A stretch of DNA of 64,000 nt. Origin: Escherichia phage Ecwhy_1. The translations under genes and the position numbers were made by a program. The DNA lies in sequence record MH791411.1; one strand, 5' to 3'. This document shows, in pieces, positions 8,754 to 17,721 of this stretch. The notes beneath the pieces were generated by a model, which worked only from the letters and a program-made list of their open reading frames with translations, was not told where the DNA came from and did no database searches. Position 1 is the first letter of the stretch. Each line of letters opens with the position of its first letter.

Positions 8754-9110
8754 CTATGATAAAATCATGATAGGATATTCACTATCTATCAATACCTCGA
8801 ATCCGAAACCTTCGTACCATTCTTTAAGATTAAAGGCGTTATCTTCTCCCGTATCGCATTCTAAGATGATACAATCTGAATCATCGGCGGCATCAATAAA
8901 GGCATTCATTAATTCGTTACCTTCACCATTGCCCCGACTATCAGGATCAACATAAAGAGAATCAATAAACGCTACACGGTCATAATCAAGATCCGGTGCA
9001 ATGATTCCACGTTTAACAAACCAGTACTGCAATTGTGCTACTTTGCCCTGTACTTGATAGCCAGTGATCTCGCCATTGTCAGTAGTACGCGTGATATGTT
9101 GTATTCCCAT
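8754..9110 (-). CDS. GNAT-like acetyltransferase (118 aa), tentative
   Basis: Motifs RGNGEGN (R-x-x-G-x-G) and NAFNLKEWYEGFGF resemble GNAT motifs A/B; SD GAGGATAG. Confidence 0.45.
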   Translation of the reverse strand: MGIQHITRTTDNGEITGYQVQGKVAQLQYWFVKRGIIAPDLDYDRVAFIDSLYVDPDSRGNGEGNELMNAFIDAADDSDCIILECDTGEDNAFNLKEWYEGFGFEVLIDSEYPIMILS

Positions 9111-9173
9111 GATTACTATCCTCAGTTAAGATATAAAACATTATACACTATCTTTCAGTACTGTCAATACTTT

Positions 9174-9431
9174 TTATCTCATAGATCTATGCCAACAATT
9201 ACGCGGATCTCTTTTAAAAGTACTATCATGATCCTCCTGGCAAGTAATACAATACATGCACCCTATAACGGCCTGGCGTCGATTCTCAGGGATTTTATCG
9301 CCGCAGTCGAGGCAATGTACAAGTGATTCTCTTTGTGCGTTAATTTGCTTTCTAGCGTGGTTAACGGCGGCCTGAATCACTGCATGAATCTCGTCTTGTT
9401 CGGCCCCGTCTTTCGCGTATCCTACTGCCAT
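9174..9431 (-). CDS. TraR/DksA-like C4 zinc-finger protein (85 aa)
   Basis: C-x2-C...C-x2-C with CGDKIPENRR; SD GAGG. Confidence 0.55.
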   Translation of the reverse strand: MAVGYAKDGAEQDEIHAVIQAAVNHARKQINAQRESLVHCLDCGDKIPENRRQAVIGCMYCITCQEDHDSTFKRDPRNCWHRSMR

Positions 9432-9589
9432 TATTTTAACCTCATTATAAAAATACTATAGTACTGTAATGCTACAATAATACTACTAGTGTTTATCTTA
9501 TTCAAACCATATGATACTACATATCCACCAGCATTACCACGAATAGTAACGCCTTTGTACTGTCTATATAAATTCAACTGCGTATATTG

Positions 9590-9668
9590 CCTTTGATCAA
9601 GAATTGATCAGAATTATACGCCTTATGCTAAATTGATCCAGTACTTTTTTGATCATTTATTGATCGAT
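9590..9668. repeat. cluster of five TTGATC motifs (GATC sites)
   Basis: TTGATCAAGAATTGATCAGAA..AATTGATCC..TTTTTTGATCATTTATTGATCG. Confidence 0.5.
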
Positions 9669-9760
9669 ATTATATAGTTACATTTGTGCACCCTATGGGT
9701 TAGTGACGTTCTCGTCTTGATGTAAGTATTATGCCAGTACTGGAGGATATTGTCAATAGA

Positions 9761-9964
9761 TTATTTTAATTTTTTTCTGTCATTGATTAATGCTTTCAGT
9801 ACTATACTAATAACTTGCAATGATTCATCAATGACAATGAAATTATTCTCTTTCATTAGATGATAGTTACCATTGATTGTATATTCTAACGAGTACTGTT
9901 TACGTTTAATTTTTGATAATGTTTCTATTTGTTTTTGTACTGATTTCATGCTAATCATTGTCAA
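9761..9964 (-). CDS. hypothetical small protein (67 aa)
   Basis: ORF; weak SD AGGA. Confidence 0.45.
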   Translation of the reverse strand: MTMISMKSVQKQIETLSKIKRKQYSLEYTINGNYHLMKENNFIVIDESLQVISIVLKALINDRKKLK

Positions 9965-10064
9965 ACGTCCTGTAACGCATTCTAACGAGATAAACGGTTT
10001 AGTACTGGCATTGTATAGGGTAAATGATTAAAGCCCACCAGCGTTAACCAGTGGGCTATAATAT

Positions 10065-10208
10065 TACATCTTGCGGATAATCTTAACAGTATCTTTCACC
10101 GATTTACCGTTTTGCTGACATTGCTCGATCATCGCGTATTGTTCTGCGGTCAGATCCTCGCCAGTTTTTGCCAGTACTGCGTCGATGAATGAATCCAGTG
10201 CGATCATT
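10065..10208 (-). CDS. hypothetical small protein (~47 aa, not in track)
   Basis: TTGACA-N17-TATAAT, SD AAGAGAGAAAT, ATG; coordinates approximate. Confidence 0.35.
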
Positions 10209-10297
10209 TTATTTCTCTCTTAGGTTAAGTTAACTACTGTTTATAAAACTTATTATACAGTACTATCAATCTATGTCAATAGTACTGGTAATATATT

Positions 10298-10477
10298 TTA
10301 GCGGTAGTCGTCGTATGCTTTATTCACCTGGCGAATATAACTTTCAAAGGCTTCGTCTACCGTTTCATACTCCCGAACATAATCACCATATGAAACTACA
10401 TACATACCTTTTTGATCTTCAAACGTCATGATGATAGAATCCAGACCAACGATTTCAGTTTTTGCGATGATAGCCAT
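10298..10477 (-). CDS. hypothetical small protein (59 aa, not in track)
   Basis: TTGACA-N17-CATAAT, SD AAGGAA, ATG. Confidence 0.4.
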   Translation of the reverse strand: MAIIAKTEIVGLDSIIMTFEDQKGMYVVSYGDYVREYETVDEAFESYIRQVNKAYDDYR

Positions 10478-10560
10478 TTTTTAATTCCTTAGTAGTGTAG
10501 TTGATAAAAGTTATTATGTCAGTACTATCAAACTATGTCAATAGTACTGTGATAATATTT

Positions 10561-10773
10561 TTAGTTAATGATAGTCAGTGTAAAATTGTAATCACCGCAG
10601 CGATATAGCACGTTATTCCCAAATGTCCCAACTAATCGCACATCACACAAAACGCCGGTTTTTTCTTTTACTTCCTTGATACTTGTAACTCCTGTAATAT
10701 CTTTATTAAAGTATTCATGATCTGAAAATAAAACTTGTTTTGCATTTTTTAATTTCGACCGGATATTAGCCAT
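10561..10773 (-). CDS. hypothetical protein (70 aa)
   Basis: ORF; SD AGAGAGAAAAC; promoter + hairpin GGGGAGAAAAACTTCTCCCC. Confidence 0.55.
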   Translation of the reverse strand: MANIRSKLKNAKQVLFSDHEYFNKDITGVTSIKEVKEKTGVLCDVRLVGTFGNNVLYRCGDYNFTLTIIN

Positions 10774-10869
10774 TTTGTTTTCTCTCTCTGTTAGTGGGGA
10801 GAAGTTTTTCTCCCCTTGATGTAAACTATTATACAGTACTATAATCTATTGTCAAACTATTTTTTTATA

Positions 10870-11211
10870 TTATTCGAAATCTTCTGGACCGGACTGATAA
10901 TCATCTTCACCGTATGCACTTTCTAACCGCTCGCCAGTGTGATCATCAGTTAGTGAGTCATCCTCATAGTTCACGTCTACGCCAGTGATGTAAAACTGGC
11001 TATCGTCTGGATCATTGAAATTAATTTTCTGTATGTTTACAATAACTGTATTGATGCCCAGGACACCGCCATCAGCCGTTACAAAGTACTGATAGTTTTC
11101 GCAACCGCCTGAATTGAAACCGTAATTAATTTCGGCCCGACCATCATTTAAACGCAGTGCCTGGGCGATGATTTCGTTTTCAAAGTTAGATTGAGCAATT
11201 GAGATAGTCAT
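10870..11211 (-). CDS. hypothetical protein (113 aa)
   Basis: Trimmed to MTISIA start; promoter+hairpin upstream. Confidence 0.6.
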   Translation of the reverse strand: MTISIAQSNFENEIIAQALRLNDGRAEINYGFNSGGCENYQYFVTADGGVLGINTVIVNIQKINFNDPDDSQFYITGVDVNYEDDSLTDDHTGERLESAYGEDDYQSGPEDFE

Positions 11212-11663
11212 GATTTGTTTCCTTATTACCAGGGGAAACCGTTTCCCCCTCTCGATGTAAAACATTATACGCTTATTGAGATAGTTTGCAAGTACTTTCT
11301 ACAAATACTTTTAAAATAGTTTTCAGTACTCAATACTCATATAATAGATACACTTATGCACCCTGTGGGCTAGTGAGCTATCTCTCAATGAATATATAAT
11401 AGCAAAATGGCTGACCGGAGTCAACCACTTTTTTCATTTATTTTTAGCTTTTAGAATCGCCGCCTTTCGCGTCATGCCTTGCTTGATGTATTCTTGTACT
11501 TTCGCTTTACGTGCATTCGCTTTATTTGCTTTCGTAAATGCCGAACAACTTTTATAGTTTAAACCTGTTGGATTCATTTAAATCACCATAAAGAATAGAT
11601 AGGTTACTAACAACGCCGCGATCAATGCACCGACCAGGGCCGAACTATAGTAAGCTAATGTTT

Positions 11664-11816
11664 TCATTTTTTAGCCTGAAAGTAATGTTTAATTTGAGCG
11701 GCGGTCAGTGCACAATTACGCAGGAAGTTTTCTGTATAACTGCGGCGAGTACTGAAAGAGAATTGACCTTTGCCGTTACCGATAGTAACATCAAACCGAG
11801 CGTTGTATTGTTTCAT
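11664..11816 (-). CDS. hypothetical small protein (50 aa)
   Basis: Trimmed to MKQYNARF start; SD AGGAGAATC; promoter+hairpin. Confidence 0.45.
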   Translation of the reverse strand: MKQYNARFDVTIGNGKGQFSFSTRRSYTENFLRNCALTAAQIKHYFQAKK

Positions 11817-11897
11817 TTTGATTCTCCTGTTATTGGGGAGAATCATTTCTCCCCTTCATGTAAAACATTATACAGTACTAAAAACTAATTGCAAGTA

Positions 11898-12044
11898 CTA
11901 TTTTTTAGATTTACGCAAACTTTCTACCATCTCAGGAGTAAGGCCCGGCGGGTAGGAAACTACTTCATCAACGAAACGTAAAGGGAATACCCCAGCGAAA
12001 GGTGAACGTGCTTTCTTAGTATTACTCTTTTTTGATGCTTTCAT
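11898..12044 (-). CDS. hypothetical small basic protein (48 aa, not in track)
   Basis: SD AAGGAATATG; promoter+hairpin upstream. Confidence 0.4.
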   Translation of the reverse strand: MKASKKSNTKKARSPFAGVFPLRFVDEVVSYPPGLTPEMVESLRKSKK

Positions 12045-12113
12045 TTCATATTCCTTAATTAGTGGGGAGAATCATTTCTCCCCTTCATGTAAAACATTAT
12101 ACGCGTTTAAAAA

Positions 12114-12323
12114 CTAATTGCAAGTACTATTTGAAAGTAAATGCTCATACGCTGCATTAACTACGTTTTCAATAACCGACTGTACAGAAAGATCCCCCAC
12201 GTCCTGGCTATAGTAGAAATCGCTTACAGTGGTGTCATCGTATGCAAATACTTTACCAGGTACTGCATCAATCACATACATATTAACCTTTAAGATGTCG
12301 ATCTTATCCTGTACAGTAAGCAT
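12114..12323 (-). CDS. hypothetical protein (69 aa)
   Basis: ORF; SD AAAGG. Confidence 0.5.
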   Translation of the reverse strand: MLTVQDKIDILKVNMYVIDAVPGKVFAYDDTTVSDFYYSQDVGDLSVQSVIENVVNAAYEHLLSNSTCN

Positions 12324-12328
12324 ATTAA

Positions 12329-12601
12329 TTAACCTTTTAAGTACTGGCTTAAGTAGTCTTGTTGATCTTCGGTGATTGCAGCCATCTTCCCTAGTACTGG
12401 ATTAATGATATAATCCCCTGTAACGTCCTGTAACGCATTCTCAGGCGGTTTAACGGCTGGGGTAGCCATAGCCATCGCCTGGACTTGTTCGACGCTATAA
12501 CGCTCATATAGGCGGCATTCTTCCGGTGTTAACATAGCATCAATGCGTTTCATTGGTTTAATGATGCTTTCAACTTCATTCAGTACTTGATTAACGTTCA
12601 T
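12329..12601 (-). CDS. hypothetical protein (90 aa)
   Basis: ORF; weak SD. Confidence 0.55.
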   Translation of the reverse strand: MNVNQVLNEVESIIKPMKRIDAMLTPEECRLYERYSVEQVQAMAMATPAVKPPENALQDVTGDYIINPVLGKMAAITEDQQDYLSQYLKG

Positions 12602-12652
12602 GGTATAATCCCCAATATAAGCGGCCTGAATCGACCGCTAACGATGTTTTGA

Positions 12653-12922
12653 TTAATAGGTGTATGGTTGACGTTCAAACAATGATTGCACGTTGTACGC
12701 CCCACTAATGGGCTTTGCTGGTAAATCAATTTTATATTGCTCACGCTTAAAGATAATAAAACGGCAATTGTTTTTAACATCAAAATTGATTGAACGTTCC
12801 AGTAGTTTACCATCGTGCACAAATACAAGATAACCGCTCGCTACTTGTTTTGTAGTACTGGTTGCAACCATAGACCGCCGAACATGTGTACCTGCGTCGA
12901 TTAAAGTACTGATATTTTTCAT
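12653..12922 (-). CDS. hypothetical protein (89 aa)
   Basis: ORF; SD AAGAGGAACG; preferred over overlapping 12598-12828. Confidence 0.55.
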   Translation of the reverse strand: MKNISTLIDAGTHVRRSMVATSTTKQVASGYLVFVHDGKLLERSINFDVKNNCRFIIFKREQYKIDLPAKPISGAYNVQSLFERQPYTY

Positions 12923-13002
12923 TATACGTTCCTCTTAAGTTAATTTAATTTCTTTCCCCTATGCAGACACTATATCAAAGTATCTGCATAAAGTAAAGCT
13001 AA

Positions 13003-13326
13003 TTAAAGATCTTTTTTGCGTTTAACATTCTGTACAGTACAATGCAACGGGATATTAAGATCATTGCACAAACGAGTAAGGGAGGTTTCATCAGTATTAA
13101 GCCCGTCTACTGATTCCTTTAATAGATCTAACGCCGTTTGTTGATATGCATCTTCATAGCCATAAGTAAATGATTCAACCGCCAGATCATTCAAACCGTT
13201 ATCCAGTTCGACGCTTACATGACAAGAATGATAAGTATTGCCATATGAATCAGTCCAACGTTTACCGTCAACATTGATTGCACGGATTGCAGCCAGGGAA
13301 ACGGTGTTAATGATAGTTTTAGCCAT
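13003..13326 (-). CDS. hypothetical protein (107 aa), paralog of 6160-6483
   Basis: ORF; SD AAGGAATAC; TTGACA-N17-CATAAT upstream. Confidence 0.6.
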   Translation of the reverse strand: MAKTIINTVSLAAIRAINVDGKRWTDSYGNTYHSCHVSVELDNGLNDLAVESFTYGYEDAYQQTALDLLKESVDGLNTDETSLTRLCNDLNIPLHCTVQNVKRKKDL

Positions 13327-13415
13327 TTTTGTATTCCTTAAATTAATATGTTGTCTTGATAAAATCTATTATGCCAGTACTATCAAACTATGTCAATAGT
13401 ACTGTGATAATATTT

Positions 13416-13628
13416 TTACTTACTTTCTTTCGCTGCTTTGTGCGTTGCCACTGCCATAACCACATCAGCACGAACAAAGTTTTTAACCGTGTCGCTGTAA
13501 TAATTGATCGCTTCATCAATATCTGCGAACATCCGATACATACCGCACCACGATACTTTATAACCTGCTTTCACTTCTTCCAGCTTAACCAGTGATTTGT
13601 TAACTTTGATTTTAGTAATGATAGCCAT
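13416..13628 (-). CDS. hypothetical protein (70 aa)
   Basis: ORF; SD GAGGAAAAT; promoter duplicated from 13003 gene. Confidence 0.55.
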   Translation of the reverse strand: MAIITKIKVNKSLVKLEEVKAGYKVSWCGMYRMFADIDEAINYYSDTVKNFVRADVVMAVATHKAAKESK

Positions 13629-13707
13629 TTTATTTTCCTCAGTTGTCTTGATAAAATCTATTATGCCAGTACTATCAAACTATGTCAATAGCACTGTGAT
13701 AATATTT

Positions 13708-13851
13708 TTACTTACTTTTTGCTTTCTTGATTGCTTCCACCTGGTCGGCCCATTCTTTACCCCATACTTGTAAATTATAATGGTACTGGCAAAGAGCAAC
13801 GCCCCGCTTTAAACCCGTAATAGATTTCTGACCACATTGACAAGTTTTCAT
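13708..13851 (-). CDS. hypothetical small Cys-containing protein (47 aa, not in track)
   Basis: SD AAGGAAAC; promoter + hairpin upstream. Confidence 0.4.
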   Translation of the reverse strand: MKTCQCGQKSITGLKRGVALCQYHYNLQVWGKEWADQVEAIKKAKSK

Positions 13852-13937
13852 TTTAGTTTCCTTGTAGTGGGGAGAACCATTTTCTCCCCTTGATGTAATG
13901 TATTATACTTTATTCGATTTACTTTGCAAGTACTTTT

Positions 13938-14165
13938 TTAATTTAATTCATCAAGGCAAAGGATACGCTCAACGCCCAAATCAGTTAAACTAATCGACGG
14001 CACTTGATAGGTTTCAATGTATGCTACACTTGCCCACTGACCGAACTCATTAACGGCCCAGGTATTCATTGCATTTTGCAATTCCGCACCTTCCTTGTTG
14101 GTAATGACTGCAACTACTTGTTCGTTGCCAGTAGTACCAGATACGCGAGTAATGATAATAGCCAT
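13938..14165 (-). CDS. hypothetical protein (75 aa)
   Basis: Trimmed to MAIIIT start; promoter+hairpin. Confidence 0.55.
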   Translation of the reverse strand: MAIIITRVSGTTGNEQVVAVITNKEGAELQNAMNTWAVNEFGQWASVAYIETYQVPSISLTDLGVERILCLDELN

Positions 14166-14401
14166 TGTTTTGATTCCTTTGATTTGGAAGGAGAACCGTT
14201 TCCCCCTCTCGATGTAAAACATTATACGCTAATCTCTTAATCGTGCAAGTACTTTTTATTACTTTTTGCAAAATACTTTAAACGCTCTCAATCGCGTTCT
14301 TACAGCCTTAACGCCACCAGCTAGGGCAATGCATCAGATAATCAGTTTAATGCGTTAGAATCGTTTCTAGGCGGTGCTGGTGGCATGGTAAACGATAAAC
14401 A

Positions 14402-14430
14402 CAAAAAAGCCCACCGTTTAAGGTGGGCTA
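14402..14430 (-). terminator. intrinsic terminator
   Basis: Hairpin AGCCCACC-TTAAAC-GGTGGGCT + TTTTTTGT on - strand. Confidence 0.65.
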
Positions 14431-14450
14431 GTGATTCAGTACTTTAATTG

Positions 14451-14933
14451 TTATGCTTCAACTTTGCGATGAGATTCGATCCATTCCTCGCGAGTCATAC
14501 CGCTGGCGTTAATCGCGTCCAGTACTACCGCAATGCAGTTACCACGCACCGGAATCAGATATTCTTCCCCGTTGTCCAGTACTACCGCTACGCGTTCCTG
14601 AATCCATTTTTTGGCTTTTACTTCTGGCTTGTCTTCCCCATACTTAACCGCCAGGGCTTTTTGTGCCATCTCTGTAACTACTTCCAGATCCAATCCAACT
14701 ACTGCCGCCTGAATACTTTCGATTGTTGCTTGTAGTTCTGCTTCACGGGCCGCCTTTGCCGCTTCAATTTCTGCCGCTTTATTTGCTTGTAGTTCTTTCG
14801 CAGTACTGTACGCGATGTTAAAATTATTGCGTACCGCTTTCATGGTATCGTTATCCAGTTCAGCCAGGATCTCAGCCGCGACGTTAGTTTCATTTGCTAC
14901 CAGTGCTTTGATGAATGATTTTACATTAGCCAT
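14451..14933 (-). CDS. hypothetical Ala/Glu-rich protein (160 aa)
   Basis: Trimmed to MANVKS start; SD GAGGA; long structured leader; terminator downstream. Confidence 0.6.
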   Translation of the reverse strand: MANVKSFIKALVANETNVAAEILAELDNDTMKAVRNNFNIAYSTAKELQANKAAEIEAAKAAREAELQATIESIQAAVVGLDLEVVTEMAQKALAVKYGEDKPEVKAKKWIQERVAVVLDNGEEYLIPVRGNCIAVVLDAINASGMTREEWIESHRKVEA

Positions 14934-14989
14934 TTTATAAATCCTCAATTAAAGTTTAGTTTACGTTTATTAGTGTATCAAAGTTTTCT

Positions 14990-15060
14990 CGACGTGTCCA
15001 GTTTTTCGTTCGACTTACTGGCGGTCTACTTAGTGCTCCCCGTCTTGATGTAATACATTC
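14990..15060 (-). promoter_or_regulatory. conserved structured leader, copy 2 (diverged)
   Basis: Shares ACATCAAGACGGGGA..AAGTA..CGAAAAACT with copies 1 and 3. Confidence 0.4.
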
Positions 15061-15130
15061 TACGCTTTTCTGCGGTAATGTCAACTACTTTCTTAAAACT
15101 ATTTTCAAAGTATCTCAGTACTACGATACT

Positions 15131-15160
15131 ACAAAAACAAAAAAGCCCACCAGGTGGGCT
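15131..15160 (-). terminator. intrinsic terminator
   Basis: Hairpin AGCCCACCTGGTGGGCT + T-run on - strand. Confidence 0.6.
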
Positions 15161-15166
15161 ATGTAC

Positions 15167-15397
15167 TTAATCAGTGAGTAAAATATTAAACACTTTACCA
15201 TTTAACGTTATTGGTGCACTGCTACCAGGCACAAGATCCGTTAGTATACCTGCAATCGCTTTATCATTGGCTACCTTTCCAGTGTCCAACAGTACTACAG
15301 TACTGATAAGATTAACGCTCGTTTCAATATCATAATGCACGGCGTTAAGTAGTTGTGTAGTACTGCTTTCGTTAAGTAAAACAATTCGCTTAGTCAT
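15167..15397 (-). CDS. hypothetical protein (76 aa)
   Basis: ORF; terminator downstream. Confidence 0.5.
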   Translation of the reverse strand: MTKRIVLLNESSTTQLLNAVHYDIETSVNLISTVVLLDTGKVANDKAIAGILTDLVPGSSAPITLNGKVFNILLTD

Positions 15398-15418
15398 GAT
15401 GTTACCCCGTAGTATCTA

Positions 15419-15718
15419 TCAACGGCAATTAATAACGCCGGTATGAGTTACTTTCTCGGTATCCATTACAGTGACCGAACCGCGTTTAGCACTGGCATCA
15501 TAATAAATTGTCGTGCTACCGTTTTCGTCTTCTTCATGGAACGGGCCGTTTTTAAATGCTTCCGGCTGGATCTCTAAATCCTTTAATACAATCTCGCCAG
15601 TTCTTTCATCGGTCATTGCAACAGTGCACTGAATGAATTTTTCACTACTTACATCTAATGACGCATTAACAGCGAAAGAGGAAACAGATAAAGCCAGGGC
15701 GATGATTGCAATTTTCAT
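15419..15718 (-). CDS. secreted protein (99 aa), predicted signal peptide
   Basis: N-terminus MKIAIIALALSVSSFAVNA; SD AAGGATAATC; promoter+hairpin. Confidence 0.6.
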   Translation of the reverse strand: MKIAIIALALSVSSFAVNASLDVSSEKFIQCTVAMTDERTGEIVLKDLEIQPEAFKNGPFHEEDENGSTTIYYDASAKRGSVTVMDTEKVTHTGVINCR

Positions 15719-15802
15719 TTGATTATCCTTAGTTACCAGGGGAAACCGTTTCCCCTTGCGATGTAAAATATTATACAGTACTAAAAACTAATTGCAAGTA
15801 CT

Positions 15803-16039
15803 TTATGATTTTTTATAAAACATTTCAGCAGTGATATTTTTACCCGTTGGCTGTACTTTATCCAGAATTTTTTGATGCCCTGGTCGTCCAAAGGAATATG
15901 ATCCGTAAACAGTAAACCAGTAGTTACCCTCAGTGTTTACATGTACAGCACAATAAGGAACACCACGCGATTCATCACTAGTAAAGTGTGATACCGTTCC
16001 CGTTACATTCGCAGACGTTGATTTGATTTGTTCGACCAT
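15803..16039 (-). CDS. hypothetical protein (78 aa)
   Basis: ORF; SD AAGGAATAAG; promoter+hairpin. Confidence 0.55.
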   Translation of the reverse strand: MVEQIKSTSANVTGTVSHFTSDESRGVPYCAVHVNTEGNYWFTVYGSYSFGRPGHQKILDKVQPTGKNITAEMFYKKS

Positions 16040-16148
16040 TTTCTTATTCCTTAGTTACCAGGGGAACCGCTCCCCCTATGCAAAACATTATACGCGTTTA
16101 AAAACTAATTGCAAGTATTTTAATAAAAAGTATTTGAAAAATAGTTGT

Positions 16149-16290
16149 TGACAAGTGCATCCAGTACTGGCATAATTACTACATCAAGACGAAACAGTCA
16201 CTAACCCACCGGGTGCCGAGATCCGTCTATTAAATGATTCAGTACTGAAAAAGTAACGGGGAGTTATTATCTCCCCGTGTTGTTATTTTG
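16149..16290 (+). ncRNA. candidate small RNA: + strand promoter plus about 100 nt ending at a bidirectional hairpin
   Basis: TTGACA (16149)-N17-CATAAT; leader ACATCAAGACGAAACAGTCACTAACCCACCGGGTGC; hairpin GGGGAG..CTCCCC at 16256-16278 + T-rich; no ORF. Confidence 0.35.
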
Positions 16291-16504
16291 TAAGGTATAA
16301 ACAGAAGTCGCCTTTATTTGCTACGCCGCCAGTGTAACGCGAGGAATAGTTAGAAACGTCCTGGACTTCTGCTATTACCAGGGTATCATCATTCAATTCG
16401 TCGCAGAAGCAAACGGCTGGATCTTGTACGCCGATTTTGTCGGCATGTTCCCGCATAGATTTAACCAGTGCTTCCAGTTGGGAAAGAGTAGTGATATTAG
16501 CCAT
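16283..16504 (-). CDS. hypothetical protein (73 aa)
   Basis: Trimmed to MANITT start; promoter+hairpin. Confidence 0.55.
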   Translation of the reverse strand: MANITTLSQLEALVKSMREHADKIGVQDPAVCFCDELNDDTLVIAEVQDVSNYSSRYTGGVANKGDFCLYLTK

Positions 16505-16588
16505 TTTATTTTCCTCATTACCAGGGAGAACCATTTCTCCCTTTGATGTAAACCATTATACAGTACTGAAAACTAATTGCAAGTACTT

Positions 16589-16777
16589 TTAATTAAATTC
16601 CATAAAATCATTTTCAACGTGCACAACAATCTGATTATTTTTAAAGGACGCAGAAAACTCTATACAATCATAAACCGCTTTTTCTGTTACCAGACTATGA
16701 GCACCAATCGGATTAATTGGGGATTGAATTGTTTCAATCTCGTTACCTTGTTCATTAACGATTAAAATATTAAACAT
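16589..16777 (-). CDS. hypothetical small protein (62 aa)
   Basis: ORF; SD CAGGAGTAAC. Confidence 0.5.
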   Translation of the reverse strand: MFNILIVNEQGNEIETIQSPINPIGAHSLVTEKAVYDCIEFSASFKNNQIVVHVENDFMEFN

Positions 16778-16816
16778 TGCCGTTACTCCTGGATAGTGTT
16801 AACTCGATATAAAGTA

Positions 16817-16999
16817 TTATACGCCTTTATTGCTTAGTGTCCAGTGATCACGCATCATACGCCCCGCACGATCCCAGCTAGTAGGCATGGGTATGCCTTG
16901 CAATTCGTTAGGGGAGATCTCGACCTCGATCCCTACATCAATAACAGTCATTCCAGCTTTCGCAGCTTGCTCGCGGATAACCTCAGATAATGTTGTCAT
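16817..16999 (-). CDS. hypothetical small protein (60 aa)
   Basis: ORF; SD CAGGAGC; leader duplicated with 16589 gene. Confidence 0.5.
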   Translation of the reverse strand: MTTLSEVIREQAAKAGMTVIDVGIEVEISPNELQGIPMPTSWDRAGRMMRDHWTLSNKGV

Positions 17000-17073
17000 G
17001 ATTAAAGCTCCTGGATAGTGTTAACTCGATATAAAGTATTATACAGTACTGAAAACTAATTGCAAGTACTTTT

Positions 17074-17334
17074 TTAATATTGTTTGTCGTCGTCTTCCTC
17101 GATGAATTGACCGACGAAATGATCTACTTTCGCTTTGAGGCTTTTATAATCTTCTTCTACTTCCGTTAAACGTTCCTGGTAGTATTCCAATGCTTCAAGA
17201 TACGCCGCCTCAGCAGTTTTTGCACGCATAGCTAAATTCATTCCACGCGTTTCATCAAATAGCCAATAACCATCGGTGCACTGGCTAATAGATAATGACT
17301 TGCTTAGTACTGTATAGCTAATTACTTTACTCAT
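17074..17334 (-). CDS. hypothetical protein (86 aa)
   Basis: ORF; SD GAGGGTTATC. Confidence 0.55.
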   Translation of the reverse strand: MSKVISYTVLSKSLSISQCTDGYWLFDETRGMNLAMRAKTAEAAYLEALEYYQERLTEVEEDYKSLKAKVDHFVGQFIEEDDDKQY

Positions 17335-17391
17335 TAGATAACCCTCAGTAAAGGCGGGAACTATTACCCGCCATTATCTCAGTACTGAATA

Positions 17392-17631
17392 TTACATTCC
17401 AACCATTGCAGCACGGATCGCAGTAGTGCTATACTTAAAGCCGTCCGGCGTTGTAGTAGTACCGTTGGCTTTTAATCTGCGGTACATACATTCCGCAGCA
17501 ATATCTTTAGTTCTACTTTGTGCGATGCAACTTTGAGCAAGCCGATACAATGACTCACCGTTATTAATCCAAAGGCTTACATTCCAATGAGTTTTGTTTT
17601 TGTGTCCGTTGTAAGTTTTAGTACTAGCCAT
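17392..17631 (-). CDS. hypothetical protein (79 aa), paralog of 19432-19671
   Basis: Trimmed to MASTKT start; shared motif GHKNKTHWNVSLWINN..PDGFKYSTTAIRAAMVGM. Confidence 0.6.
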   Translation of the reverse strand: MASTKTYNGHKNKTHWNVSLWINNGESLYRLAQSCIAQSRTKDIAAECMYRRLKANGTTTTPDGFKYSTTAIRAAMVGM

Positions 17632-17721
17632 TTTTAAATCCTCGTTTGAGCGGGGAACCACTCCCCGCCTCGATATAAAGTATTATACGCTTTTAAACTT
17701 AGTTTGCAAGTACTTTTTAAA

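Noticed and set aside
12598-12828. Alternative overlapping - strand frames (12598-12828, 51312-51518, 53452-53802)
   Set aside because: Each overlaps a frame with a better SD and more protein-like composition; 53452-53802 is kept as an ambiguity in the findings.
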